Below, one piece after another: positions 27,101-42,100 of a stretch of 64,000 nucleotides of DNA. The notes beneath the pieces were generated by a model. The model was not told where the DNA came from. It worked only from the letters and a program-made list of their open reading frames with translations, and ran no database searches. Position numbers and translations under genes: made by a program. This DNA comes from Phoronis australis. Lineage: Eukaryota > Animalia > Phoronida. The first letter of the stretch is position 1, and each line of letters begins with the position of its first letter. Where the stretch lies: the NCBI GenBank assembly GCA_002633005.1, contig NMRA01000097.1, positions 579,273 to 643,272 on the forward strand. Reading direction: 5' to 3'.

Positions 27101-30100
27101 TAACTAACTATCATACATAGTCCTTTGTGTAATTCACATACACTGGTCTTCACGTTCTTCAAAATACCACCCTTTCGATGGCGGTCAATCCTACTGTATT
27201 TTTTCACATTTTTGGTTGTTTAGGTCAAATGTCTTGACACTGCTGTACTGTGTACGAATGTTTTGTGTTTTTGATAAAGTTGGAATCTCGTTTTCCCTCG
27301 TGAATACTTGGCAGTGTCGGATTTACATGTATAGAGGGTCAAAGGAACATTTTCCCCGAACTGCTTCATGGAGAGAGGATCCCGTCTGAAACGGGTCACT
27401 TTAGGATGAAAGGCTAAACACCATTGAGCTTGGAAAAGAGTGACAGTTCATTTCACTGTTGTGTGGTCACAAAACGGCACAGGAAGTGACGTTCTTCAAC
27501 ATGAAAGCCGGTTGCACGATTTCACAAAAAACAGGAAAATAGAGGTAATCGATTCCAACATTGGGCCCTCTCTCCATTAGCGGCCCCTTCAGAATTTGTC
27601 AATAAAAACACAAAAAGATGGCCATTTGAATTTTATCAATGGACTCCTTCAAGGGCGGGGCCCCTAAATATGAAAATATCCATCTTTTCAAACGTCAGGA
27701 AATGCGCAGCAATTGATGATATCCGTGGGGTGATAATTTTTTCTCAAGTGATATACAATTTCGAGAAAAAAATTAAGCGACAGTTGTCTCCGTTATCTCT
27801 TGCCTATGGGAGAACTTAGTTTTGAATTCGCAAAATTGACTTACTGACTTTAAAATCCAGAAAATCAATACGCTCCGAAAAAGCTTCGCTTTAAAAATTT
27901 TCTCGATTTTTCGAAATATGTGCGTGAGTGATTACGTGCGTGTCTTACAAAACCCAGTGACATGGCCTGCGCGCATGATCAATCGGACACTGATTGAGCC
28001 TACGATTTCCTGCTTCCAAAAATATGTTGTAACAAATGAAACAAATCCCCGAACGTGATTGTCTTCAAATCAAAATATTCATGTTATAAATTTATAGAAG
28101 GATTAGTATCGTAGGGTAATTGGCCCCTCTCCGTGACAAAAACGGCTTTTGATTTTGATCACGTCCGTTACAAAATTGTTTTTTAGACAAAATATATTGG
28201 GCATTCTGAACCTGCACAGAACTAACTTCTCTGTTGCTTAGGGCTAAGTATTACAAATGGGTTTGGCACAGGGGCCTTTTAAAATCTCTGAACATCAAAC
28301 AATTCGAAACATCAACCATCAGGTACGCAGCCGCTTTGGGATGAACTAAAACATTAACACTGGAAAAACATCAGAATGTTTGATGTCTTGGTACCCTCTG
28401 AGTCCAATGTGCGATCAGTGGGCAGTGTACATGATTAAATGCACTGACCATCAACCATGTTCCACTGGGCAAGGAAGTGAAAGCCATTTCAACTGTTATT
28501 TTTTATTCCTCATGCAAACCCTAACTTTGAATAATTATTTTCTATGTGAGCAATATTGCCGGAACATAAAATTTCAAATGATATTTTTCAAACACCTCAG
28601 GCTTGGAGAATGACAGAGATAATTTTTGCCCTGTGGAGCTATCTCATCGTTACGTGCTACCCAACTACAATGAAGTTTTAATACAACTGAGAGCTATCTA
28701 TGGTAATTCATGCATGCCCAGGGTTTGAACGACCCATTTCTGCAAAATGGTTGGGTTCCGTTAAAAACCGCCCTGCAGTCACGGTAAAGTGCTGCTCGAA
28801 AAGCCGTTGGCCAAAGTCCCTAGCTGTCAACGAGTAGATTGCTTCGAACGTGGGGCTTGATCGAACGTTAGTGAACATCACTGGTATGCCCATTGTGTTC
28901 GCCGGGAACCTTGTTGTTTATTTCCTCCAATTCATCTTTTAATTATGGAATGCCAAAGCAACGAAAAATTAAGGCCGTAATTAATTAAAAATTCAAACCA
29001 GTATTTTGGAAAATTTTTGAAAAGGCAAGACAGTTTTTACATTATAAGAATATTTTTGTAGAAATCCAGGCAACAATATTTGAAAATGTTTGCAAAATCT
29101 TTAACAACTGTTGGAAATAACAGTTTACGGAATTCGTGGCAAGATTACAGAGGTACAGCACTGGGAAAATTTAATTTTTTAGTGAATTTATCGTGATCTT
29201 GAAGTGAAAATATAGTCTTTTGACTTGATTTTTGCCGTTTTCGAATCCATGGCTGAAGAAATTCATGATCGCAGGTGTTACCACTTAGATATTATGAGCA
29301 GAGTTCTGAGAAATCAGTACGCTTACAGAGCTGGTTTTTCTACTGAGACTGCTCTTCATCCCATTTTCAGACAGCTTGAAAATGCTGTATACAATAAAAT
29401 GCTCGCTCTTGGTGCTTTCATCTACATTGTAGGTGCCTTCAGCTACATTGAACATGATGCTATCTATAATGCACTTGTTCAATTTCAGATTGACAAAAAC
29501 CTTATAAGGTGGACTACGTACATGCTGAGCAGTCAGACTGTAACAGCTAAGCTTGAGTTAGCTAGTGTGACTGTCCGTCTCACTAGAGGTACTCCACAAG
29601 GTGGTACCGCTTCACCAGCTCTCTTTAGTGTGGTCATAGACTGTCTGTTAAGGCAGCTGTTGGCTACCATTGGGCAAGGTCTAGCTGTACAGGCCTATGC
29701 TGATGACATTGTCTTCTATGTGTCAAGTGTCGATGCTTGCACACGCCACAGTATTGTCCAGAAGGCACTTAATGTTGCTATTTGATGGACCGAGACAGTT
29801 GAATTGGAGATCAATAGCAGTATAACAAAAGTGGTGATGTTCACCTGGAAGCGGAATTGGAATGTAAAACCATTAAAGCTCTACAATGAACTCCCACTCC
29901 AAGAAAAAGTCACTTACCTAGGTGTTACTCTCCACCATCGTCTTTTTTGGAGACCTCACGTGATGGACAAGATAACCAAGGCCAAGTTGGCCCTGGTAAG
30001 GTGCTGACGAGTAGTTGGTAAAACTTGGGGGCTCTCTCCCAAGAATTCTCTCTGGATCTACATTGGTGTTATCACACCGATAATAGCTTACGCGGCATCA

Positions 30101-33100
30101 ATATGGACGGTTAGAACTAAACTGACACAAATACAGCGTTTAGCTTGCTTGTGTGTTACTTCTGCTTTTCCAGGGACACCCACAGCTGCAATGGAAAAGC
30201 TTATTGGTTTGCCACCCCTGCATATTTACCTCAGCGGTGAAGCTGTGCTTGTAGCTTACCGTATGAGGTGTAATGGGCAGTGGAGTAAGAGCCATGTTAA
30301 TGTTTGCAACAGGTTAATGTCAGAAACTGGAACACTTTTGGCAATGCCAAGTGATGTTTTAGTGACGACGCTAAATCACAGACACAATTTCTATACAGAA
30401 ATTGGAGATGGTCACGAAATCATTGATCACAATGTCCAACAGTCCATTTGTTACACTGATGGCTCTAAAATTGACAAAAGACAGTCAGGATCAGGAATTT
30501 CTTTTCCAGACATTGCAGGTGATGACAAAGAAAGCTGGATTTCACTGGGTAACATAGTTAAAGTCTTTCAGGCTGACATTTTCGCCATTCACCAGGCTGT
30601 CCAACTGGCAAGGGAGCATGAAACAGTCCGTAACAAGGAACTCTTCATACTCTCAGACAATCAAGCAGCTATCAAAAGCTCTAACTAAGCCCAAGATTAA
30701 CTCCCATTGTGTCCTGGCCTGTGTAAATGAGCTTAACCACCTATCAGCTAGCAGAACTGTTCATGTGAACTGGGTTACAGCCCATGTTGGCATTGACGGT
30801 AACGAAGCTGGTGACAAACTTGCAAAAAAGGAGCAAGTGCACCCTGTTGTGTACCAGAACCTTGCATATCAGTTGTCTATAGGTGCTGTAGAGCAAATGT
30901 AAGACACTGGGTGCACAAACCGTCCGTGGATGCATGGAGAAAGCATTCTGCCTGCAGACAAAGCAAACAACTTTTTTCCAAGTCCTATTGAACCAAAGGG
31001 TTAAAAAAAATTGCTATGTTTAGATAGGCTTGCTATAAGGCGGCTGATCCAGGTTATTACTGGACACTGCAACCTAGCTCGGCACCGTAACATCACAGGC
31101 CACATGGCATGTTCATTGTGTCCCAACTGTGGCTTGGAGGCCGAGACTCCTCAACATCTGGTGGAGATTTGCCCTGCCTACAACAAAAACCGTAATCTAC
31201 TACTTAATGGACAAATAACCTGCCTGGTTAACATTGTTAGTTCATTCAGTTTCATAGTCTTTCTGTCTTTCTGAAACAAACAGGCAGATTGGAATATTTC
31301 TCCCATGAGTAATCCGGTGATGTCGTGTCCTCATGAGTCATAATCAGGTGGTTAGTGTAATGCGAACTGCCTTGTGGCCTAAACACACCTGGTGTACCGC
31401 AAAAGGCTTCAAGCCCCTTATTTTTATTTAAATCTTGAAAACGTTTAAGTAAAATGTTGACAAGATTATTCAATGTCACCAACATTGTAATTTTGATTTT
31501 AATTTTTCTAATGATCTTGGAGTATAAACCTGTGTTGAATGTCTTCCGTTTTGGCATTCCATACTTCGTTTCTCTTATAGTCACTAAAGCAGTCCAAAAT
31601 ATAACAGTGGAGAGCCAAGACGGAACGTGCCATTACGAAGTAATCGAGGACGAGTTGAAACACGGGCATTGGTTGAACGAGAGCCAGCTGTACACAGCAG
31701 AATGTTCTACACACAGCGAGCTTCCGAACATCAAAATTAGGTGGACACGTGATACCTTCTCTGGGCATCAATCAGTAAGCCACATTGGCACCCGTTACAG
31801 TGTGAAAGTGGAACTGGAGGCCAAAAGAGAGCAAAACAAGAAAACTTTAGCTTGTAAAGTGCGCCATCCCAGGCTAGAGGACATAGAGGCAACGTACGCG
31901 CTGGGGCTAAAAGTACTTTGTAAGTAAATGCGTGCATTATTTATGTGACCAGGTAAAATTGGCTTTCGGGAATATGCGCGCACCAAGCCCAACAGTGAGG
32001 AGCTCGAAAGTTTGAAAATGTGGACTTTTGTTTCAAACAGACAAACAAACAAAACGATTATTCAAAAACTCATAGGGCCATTGGCCCACAGTTCAACATA
32101 TTAATATACAAACAGTATAATCTCACCATATCATCAAAAACTCATAATTTCGGTCATAATTGCCATTGCTTGTTGACTGAAGGATGCAGTACATAGATTC
32201 TGAACCTAAGATTTTAAGTGTTATCGCCGCCAGCCTTTCCGAATTTCGTGACATGGTTCGTAAAGTGACTACAATTGCTCTCTGGTAATCAACTGTGCAT
32301 TTTCTGAACGGTGCAGCAACTGACTTGCCTCCTCAGTGATATTTTCATCTGGGAGCGAGTCTGGCCTAGTGGGTTGAGTGTACGCCTCTGGAAACACTGG
32401 TTTCAGTTTTCTGGTACGCAATGGACCCGGCTTGGCATCTTGCGTAGCTTACATCTGATGCAACATGCATCAGCACAATTTCTTCAGCCAACTCAAATAG
32501 TTCACGCGCACTCTAACCCGCTCTACACTTAACCCATTTAAAGACGCGTGCCTAACAATCCTTTTGATCCGATAACTTAACCTTACAACACGGTAGCACT
32601 CATGGTTCTTGACGGTTCTCCGCCTGCATGGCACGGTTTATGTCTTTACAAAGTTTCCCCAAATCATAGAACTCTCGCCCTGGAATGCCAACTTCGGTCT
32701 TGCTCTTGCTAAGATTGCGCCGCGAATGCATTTGTTTGCACTCGTTTTTTCCGCTGTTGGTTATTCAAATTCTTATGGAATTTACCGTCACTAATTTTTA
32801 TCATAACTCCGCATTTTTTAACTGAATTGTGTAAGATTCATATCGAGCCCATCATCAGTTATTAATGCTGTATGCTTATAACAGAAAAAAAAATGATTGC
32901 GGGGAGGCTGGTACAAATTGTACCAGACGTGCGCAGGCCGTGGAACCATTTTTGCTTCATTAATATTAGTTAAGCCGAGCTGAGGTGCTAGCAACCTGAC
33001 CCAAGGGTCTAGCAGTGCGGCCCAGTATTACTCGAACCCACGACCACGAGTAATGAAAGCGGTCACCTATCACACACTAAACCACACTGCCTCCTAGATT

Positions 33101-36100
33101 GTAACAGAAGCAAACTGTACATAATTTACTTCATAAATAATCATTATTTCGCATAGAGTCCCTGAAGGTTTAAAATATGTTTTACCAAAATGCGAAAAAG
33201 GGCAACGCGGAACGTAGAAATGCGGCCACGATAGCACCACCGTGCTTCTATGGGTGTTTTTATTATCATAAAAATGGCTATTCGATGACGCGGAGCGCGT
33301 CAAACCCATTCAAATAAGGAGGGTGTTGTTTCTGTAAACCAAACCCATTTGCCAAATTTCATGATTGTAAGCTAAGGAACTCCTAAGATTTAAAGGCAAA
33401 CGTAAAAACAATTGACAGTAGGGAGCACAGCTACAGTGGCGGATCTACGGGGAGTTCAGGGAGTTTAAACCCCCCCCCCCTCGGGCCAGGACCCAAAAAT
33501 TAAAAAAAAAACAAAAGCGTCTCCAGCAAAACAAAAACGGCACCGCCAGCGTGTGTAAACCCCAAGTAATCCAACTTGGAAAAAATTGAGGGGGGGTTCA
33601 CTCTGGAAATATAGTTTTTTGCATTGTGAATTGATGAGTCTTTGTGGCTCATCGGAAAAACGCGCGAGGATTTATTGTGCGCACGCTTCGTGCAACGTTT
33701 TTACCTCATCTGTCATGCCGTGTCATTCTATTAAACTCAACACGGTTGTAACTGGTGTATAGTAAAGTTGTCTTGCGCAATATCGTACAGTGTACATGTA
33801 CATGTAATATTGTGTACATGTACATGTAATATTTTTGAAAAAAAATCTTTTTCTGAAGAATTGCTGTTGTGGCGAGCGCCGTGGTCTGGTCGCGAGTCCG
33901 TTTGAAGACACACTCTATAACAAGTTATGTCTATACAAGGAACTCACATTGAGAAAGTGACCGCATTCGCGAAAAGTGTACAGTACCAGAAATTGCGGGG
34001 AGGCTGTTCTTTCACAACAAAGTCTTGCGGGACTCGTGCGATGTTCAATAGGCCTCCTAAGGAGCCCTAGTTCCGACCTCAACACCTACATGTACCACCT
34101 GTCTACTTGCAATAAGCACACTGCCGTCTTCTATACTGGGAATTTCCGCAGAAAGGCTCACCCGATGAAACGCTCATGCCCATGGGCATTTATTTGATAT
34201 AAGTACTTCGGGTTTCAAGCGTTCAGACTTTGGGACGTTTATTTCGAAAATTGCAAGAGATGCAAATAGGTCCTGGGATTCATCGTCAAGGTTTGAAGTA
34301 GTCCATGATGAACGGATCAAATTTAGTTGCGCATGTAAGTCTTTTGAATGGACTTGGCAACCTCAAGGGTCTTAGTGTCAACTGAGCTGCGAAACGAGAT
34401 GCTGACATTGTAGAGGCTTNNNNNNNNNNNNNNNNNNNNNNNNNNNNNNNNNNNNNNNNNNNNNNNNNNNNNNNNNNNNNNNNNNNNNNNNNNNNNNNNN
34501 NNNNNNNNNNNNNNNNNNNNNNNNNNNNNNNNNNNNNNNNNNNNNNNNNNNNNNNNNNNNNNNNNNNNNNNNNNNNNNNNNNNNNNNNNNNNNNNNNNNN
34601 NNNNNNNNNNNNNNNNNNNNNNNNNNNNNNNNNNNNNNNNNNNNNNNNNNNNNNNNNNNNNNNNNNNNNNNNNNNNNNNNNNNNNNNNNNNNNNNNNNNN
34701 NNNNNNNNNNNNNNNNNNNNNNNNNNNNNNNNNNNNNNNNNNNNNNNNNNNNNNNNNNNNNNNNNNNNNNNNNNNNNNNNNNNNNNNNNNNNNNNNNNNN
34801 NNNNNNNNNNNNNNNNNNNNNNNNNNNNNNNNNNNNNNNNNNNNNNNNNNNNNNNNNNNNNNNNNNNNNNNNNNNNNNNNNNNNNNNNNNNNNNNNNNNN
34901 NNNNNNNNNNNNNNNNNNNNNNNNNNNNNNNNNNNNNNNNNNNNNNNNNNNNNNNNNNNNNNNNNNNNNNNNNNNNNNNNNNNNNNNNNNNNNNNNNNNN
35001 NNNNNNNNNNNNNNNNNNNNNNNNNNNNNNNNNNNNNNNNNNNNNNNNNNNNNNNNNNNNNNNNNNNNNNNNNNNNNNNNNNNNNNNNNNNNNNNNNNNN
35101 NNNNNNNNNNNNNNNNNNNNNNNNNNNNNNNNNNNNNNNNNNNNNNNNNNNNNNNNNNNNNNNNNNNNNNNNNNNNNNNNNNNNNNNNNNNNNNNNNNNN
35201 NNNNNNNNNNNNNNNNNNNNNNNNNNNNNNNNNNNNNNNNNNNNNNNNNNNNNNNNNNNNNNNNNNNNNNNNNNNNNNNNNNNNNNNNNNNNNNNNNNNN
35301 NNNNNNNNNNNNNNNNNNNNNNNNNNNNNNACGCACCTAGGATTCGACCTTGGCGGGAATCCTAAACCCCCCCTTGCTGAAAACGTAGATCCGCCACTGA
35401 GCTATATAGTCCGATTGGTCTGAAAATCGTCGTCATCTGTTGCCATCTGTATAGAAGTCCATCTGTCAAATTCCGCAAAGTTACTTCAAATAGTTAAGGG
35501 GGCAGAACTTGTGACTAAGCCAGGGCCTGGAGTACGTTGCTTGCTCGAATTAACGGCACTGCACATGCCGGGTGCTGAGAAGCCAAGACCTGGTTCTGCC
35601 ACAGTACACAGTGCATGCGCGATGGGTAGGTGAAACACATCCGCTATTAAATAATTTTGACGGCGAAAATGAAAATGAATAACTTTAATCTCACCGACAA
35701 CGTTTAGATTGGTAAAACGCGACTGACACGACAAACAAGAATGCAGTGATTTATAAACAACCGCTTCTCCGTGACTTGTTCGTTGCTTTCTTGAGACGTA
35801 ATATCAGATGGTGTGATAAGTTGGTCAAATATTCTAGGATTTGACGTCATACCTTAGTTACATGAAGATGCACAGTTCGAAAATTATCTAATAATGCCAT
35901 GCAACATTTCATGAAGTCGAATTGACAATAACCCGTGTGCAATTTGTGGTTTTAGATTCATTGTGCTTGAAATCTAGTTATTTGACAAAGCGAGATAACC
36001 GATGGCGTTGTGTATTTCAAATCAGTTGGACCTGACAACATATGGGTAAAGGATAGAAACAGTGACGTGGAGATTGCAAACGGGGGTGTCTTTTATGTGG

Positions 36101-39100
36101 TTTACGGCAAGGAGTATAACATCAGCTGCGTCACCGACAGTGCCTTTGAGAACGTCGAGCTTCTCTTGGGCCCCGTGAGGACAGACGGTACAATAGCAAC
36201 TACAACTCAGGGACTTCGGTCGTTCGGAAATGGCAGCCTGAGCAACGTCTCTCAGTCGGACGCCTCCAACAACGGGGCAGTATTCTCTCTAGTGTTTACC
36301 TTTGTCGCTGATGTGTCAGTGCACCATAAATTTTTGAAATGTTGTGCAAGAAACCGTAATCGCACAGTGGAGCCGTTATCGAACACGTTTGAAGTGGTGT
36401 TGAACGTTGGTAAAGGTAAGCGTAACAAATTTTCAAATTATTAACAAGATATCGCAATACATGGCTTACGAGACTGTGACATCACTCGCTTTCATTCTCT
36501 AGCATTACCTCATGGACGGGCTTTTGGTGTCGAAGGAGAAAATTGCTATGAGGAAACTGGGTTTCTTACTAAATAATATTAAGTTAGAACGTGCACGGGC
36601 GAGCATAAATATCGACACAGAGAATAACGGCCCCATAACCCGTATCAATTACAAAACATCCCTGTTCATTGCGAACCTTCGTATGCCGGCACACATTCCA
36701 CAACCCCCGATCGTCAAAAATTTCAAAATTGCCACGCGGTGGGGGAGGGTATAACCAGTAGGTTTACCCCCATGGTGAAACTACGTTTTACCACACCCTA
36801 GTTTTTCCCACGGTTGCTAAACATTTCAACCCTCAGGCACTGAAATGTTACATGTACGCCCATGCCTCCCGTTGACTGTCAGTGCCCGGTAATGTAGCTG
36901 GTTGCTTGCATCATCGATTGGCTTTCATATGCATTGATTATACGGCCATGAACAACACATTTACAGGATGACACCAGTGGTGAGACATGATAACACGTAA
37001 ATAAGAACTCCAGATAGCTTACTTATTAAATTCGTCCATCACGTTCTCAAGCGTCATAATGTATTATCCAGTTTGAAACGTGGCACCTAACAATGTTCTG
37101 TCTTGTACATGATATACTTGGGGCCTATGGCCATGTGTATATGTCTCAATAAATCATATTGAAATGTATTCAGACGCAAGAAAAAATATAAGCAGGGATA
37201 ATACCACCAGGCACTCGTTTTTGTGCTGGTCCTATACATGTACAAGTAATCTACAGAACACAATGATGATCACGTAGAAATATTCAGAGGCATGAAGCGA
37301 ATCCTGTTGAAGAAAACATGAATGAAAACCAATCCATAGCTCAATTAATAAAATAATTCTCCAGAGATGCAAGAATGTAAAAGCAGGATCACACTACTTA
37401 GTATTAAGTTATTACTGACCTCTAGTTGAACAATAAGAACCTTGCGTGACCTTGATTTTCATTTCAGCTGAACTAACGTTGAATATCACGAAAGGAAACG
37501 ACACGGTCTACAAACTTCCTGGCCGATCTGACGAAAAAAACCCGCTGGTGAATGGCAACCAATACATTGGCGAATGCTCAACGCTCAGTGTTGTTCCAGA
37601 TGTCCAAGTCAGCTGGCGAACTGATTTTGGCACCATTGGCCAGGCGCAGAGAATTACTTACGGTAGTCTCTCGAAGTACTACCGCACCATCACATTGCAT
37701 GCAGAGGATAATCTGAACAATGGCGTTCTCACCTGTTGCGTCAGTCATAATGTCGTCAAAGAGATTAACAATACTAGGTCTCTTACGCTGACAGTTCATT
37801 GTGAGTATAAATGGTGGGTCTCTGCATGGGTCCAGCTCACACGCACGTGACGCTACAAGGGAGCAGTAAAAGTGTCATCTTTAATTGTAACTAGTTGAAT
37901 GTCACCCAGGAGCTTTTTCCGAAATCGCTGTCACCTGGCCGCTAAGGGCAAAATCCAACATGGCCGACGCTCCAATTTTCGGAAAATGTCTTGTTGATAG
38001 TTAAGCACCATCCTAATAGCGTAAACGTGACTAGTTTCTGAATTGGCAGAATCCGAGAAGTGTAAGCTTTTAGCGTACAATAAGTTTGAAGACAAAGTAA
38101 GCTACACCACATCTTAAACCTGAAAGTACCCAGATCCCGCGAAATCGTTAATCTATGCACTCCTGAGAAACTTCTGAATGTGAAAATTTTGATAGCACAC
38201 AGAATAAGCTCATCTCGTTAACAGCAGCATTCTCACATGAAACCACATGATGGCGTTTGGTCATTTTATGTTTACTGTCTTTGGGTCCGTCCAAGAAAAC
38301 TGACTTAGTTAAGACAAATCTTAAATTTCAGTCTAAGATAAAGCATAAATTTGTCTCAAGTCTTTTTCAAGAAATAAATTTTTAGTTTGACTTGAGTTTT
38401 TGATTTGAAAATTGTCTTAATTTTAATTATCTTGCCGCATGTGGACGTTTCAACGTTTGAATGTTGAAAAAATTTGTTGTAGACTAAAGTCACAAATGAA
38501 TTCAAGCCAGTTTTTTGAAACGGCACATTGACTAGAGGACGTTTCCAGATGTATCTTGTATACCCTAAAAGGGCTTCATTAATGTTTGCAAATATGATTG
38601 CATGGTTATGAAATCGGTCGTCAGGTTTTTAGATGATTCGATTACTGCTGCCCCTGGTGACAGTTTGTACACCTAAATAGTTTGGAGAAATTTCATGAAA
38701 TTTAGCCAAAAGGTTTCTGTCTAGGAGACGATGGCCCGTAGATGCTATCGAATGATGATAACCCATGGCAATTAAGTGATCCCAATTGCAGTGTTATTCT
38801 GTTTCTGTCTCCCAATAGTTGGCCCTGAGGACTTACACCTAACAAGCCAAGACAAGAGCCTCAACCAAACTAGCGGAAAGTACGGTGTTGCTTTCCAACA
38901 CTTAAGTAAAGTCACTTGCACGACGGATTCTGTGAACCCCGGAGTAAATGGGCAGCTGACACTAACTAAAACAGACAACAGGAAGCAAATAGAAACCCAA
39001 GCAACCAGCACAGGTGGCAATCACGGCGGCGAAAACTACACATTAGCTTTAACCTTCAGTGGCACCTATCAATGCCACCATGTTCCTCTTGTATGTGAAT

Positions 39101-42100
39101 TTTCCAACTCGGAGGTTGCGGAATTCAACAAAAGAACGGAAATAGAAGTTTATATCGTCGGTAAGTATACTGATGGGTAATTTTCAGTTCATTATTGCAA
39201 ACATATAAAAATTGAGAGAATAATGAAAAAATAGAATCACGTTAACATATATATTAGTCCAATGCACGCTACAGATGTTGTCGATGATTTTGAACAGTTT
39301 AGTATGCTTCTATGCTGTGTCTGCTCCCGTCTTTTTTCTTCTAATAAGTAGCTCAAGTGCAGTGCTACTAATTCAAGAAAAACAGCTTTTCATGTAGACA
39401 ACTCGGGCAATGTGTAACTCTAATTATTTCGTGTCTCATGTTTTGTTCTGTCGTCTTTTCCGGATATCGCTTGAAGAATCGTCTTTAAAGCAGATAGATA
39501 ATATTTAAGAGAAAGGCAAACATTAATTTTCGAAATGTGTCGTTGTAGACCCTCAGTGGCAACTGTACCTTTCTTTGCATGTGTCTTAAGTATCAGTCCA
39601 CGGATCCACCGACCACCGTACAGCCAACAAGCGGCAAGGTGGGGGGTCAACCATTCAGATCCATGTTTAGTCTGATAAATCACATTAGGGATGAGAGAAA
39701 ATGGGTGAAGTATGACACCACNCCCTAGTGACAAAATGTCTTTGCCATATTTACCAAGCTCTTCAATGGGTTTCCATTCAGTTTGTTCCAAGTTTTCCTT
39801 AGAGACATGGACGTAACTGAAAAAGTGAGCACTCAGCACCCCTTATGTCTTCGTTGATGCCCTCGTTGGGTGCGTTCTTCTTAACTCTACTTACATACGT
39901 GTACATGTATGTGATAAGTGTGGCCAAAAACTCGCATTTATTGGGTACTACAGGCGTACTACACGTGTAAGTGCAAAGATTTTCGCAATGAGGAATGTAT
40001 TTTCAGCTGATCCTGTGAATATAGAGGTAAACGTTATGAAATGTAATGGCTTGTGTCAACAACTGCACGAAAAAGTCAATGGTGCTCATCTGCAACAACC
40101 GCTTCTCGACGGGCAAGGTTACCAATTGCAATGTGATGTCAAAACGCAGTTTTTTGATCTCGTCGTTGCTTGGAGCAACGATCTTGGTGGCTTAGAGATG
40201 ACGAAAGGCACGTTTACGATTGGCGGCCTTCGACGAAGAGCCTTCAACTTTGTTGCGAATAAGATGCATCACGGTCGTCGGCTTTCATGCTCCGGCTCTC
40301 ACAGTGTTGTTTGGGAAGCAAATAACAATCGCTCTGTAGTTCTCAGTGTATATTGTGAGTATATTTGAATACTGGGTGATCAGATACTTCTCAGGATGCA
40401 ATGAAGTTACCTTAAATATTTCCTTAGCGCCTGAGTGATTGAAGTACACTGTATCTACCTGGTCTTTTCTGTGCGTATCATATTCATGTACAGTACAGCC
40501 ACTGAATTTTTAGACTTCGTCCGGGCTACCTCACGCCTGGCCAGACCGGAGCGCAACCGGAACACAGTCGTGACAGAAATCAGTCACGGTCGCCTCACGC
40601 CTACTCTCCGGGTAGTCCTCACGCTTACCTCCTGTTGAGCTAACGCCTTCATCACGCCTCGTTCCCGCTTTCTCTGTGCCTCCGTCACGCTTACCTCATG
40701 CTTTCTTCACGCCTTCGGTAGCTGTGGTAACCATGGTAGGGCACCAGGCTAATCAGTTAAAATACATGTAACGTCTTGATTGCCTGTCGTTTCGGTCAAG
40801 TTGCAAAGACATTATAGTATATTATAGAGTATCTTTGCAAGCGGTCATCTATCACATTTGGGTTCCGACTAACTTTGTAATTCCACGTGTTGTTCATACA
40901 AACGTCTTCCTTCAGCTCGTCTTGTGTTATACTTACATGTACATTTTCAATTTACGACTTAAGAGCCAGTCCCATCAATGACAAACATGTACATGTACAG
41001 TAACCACGGTTAGTAAATACGAATAAAAGCGACCCTGTGCCCAGAGTCATCTTTACATGGCTGTGGACTCCTTGAAACTTGTCACAGGTGGATATAGTTA
41101 ATTCGCCCTAAAAATAGCATACGCATCTTGTGAAGTATTGTGTCACTCCGTAAATTTTTTCACCGCACTGACGTACAGAAAATTTCAATAGGCCGCCCTT
41201 CTGACATACCCATCCCTTACTGCAAGCAAATGTTTTGACTTAAAAGTCCTAAATCCGTGGTGCAGTTCAATTATTTGTAGCCCCCTCCCCGTAGTACATG
41301 CGTTTCGACTGAGTAAACAGTATCCCCGGGGTACTTCTTCACTAAAATAATAATAGTGGTCACCTGTTTGACTCGTCAAATGTATGGGCGTGATCAGTTT
41401 TCTCCGCATGATGCCGGAACTTGGGATCAATGTGCTCAGAATTGACATGCTATGCTCCTTCATATCGTGAAGGCAATTGAATAATTCTGCCGTGTACACG
41501 CGTGTTAAGATTCTTGATTAGTTGATATAAAAACAAGTAATTATAAATAAGTGAAAAGTAAAGTCCACAGGTCTGTTTTTTGAAGTGACTTAAGATTTGA
41601 GACGGACATTTTGGTCTTTTACTGCACGTGACGATTTCAACAAAAAATTAAACCTCACATGAGCAAAAGCCTATGAGAATACACACATCACTGCTAGTTA
41701 CTGGTGTAATTTTAATAACTAACTTTATCATCTGCGATGCAGGTAAACTCACGCCTAACTCACGGTAAGCTCCGGGTACAGTCACGCTTAGGCTCACGCC
41801 AGCTGTCACGGTTGATTCACGCCTCACTCTCCGGTCTGTCTCTGGTTACGGTCACGGGTGGCTAGACCGGAGAGACACCGGAGAGGGTCTAATAATTCAG
41901 TGACTGTACTGTACATGTATGAACTGTATTGTATTTTGGGCTACGTAGCGGTGTTTGAGAGATTCGTTCTATACTATCTATTATGACTGGTCACAAATTT
42001 GCAGTGATACTTAACTTTTCTGTCAAGTCGACATGTTCAATGAGGGTGTTACCACGTGTTTAGTGCTCTCGATTAACTTACCCTGCAACGCTTGTGTCTT

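Noticed and set aside
31454-31580. Hydrophobic signal/TM-like N-terminus of ORF 31454 (similarly 13876, 38776)
   Set aside because: Intronic T-rich sequence upstream of the true acceptor, read through by the ORF finder.
32350-32430. tRNA-like sequence (TGGCCTAGTGG)
   Set aside because: No B box or cloverleaf; at most a decayed SINE head.
34323-35336. 337-aa ORF
   Set aside because: Almost entirely N gap.
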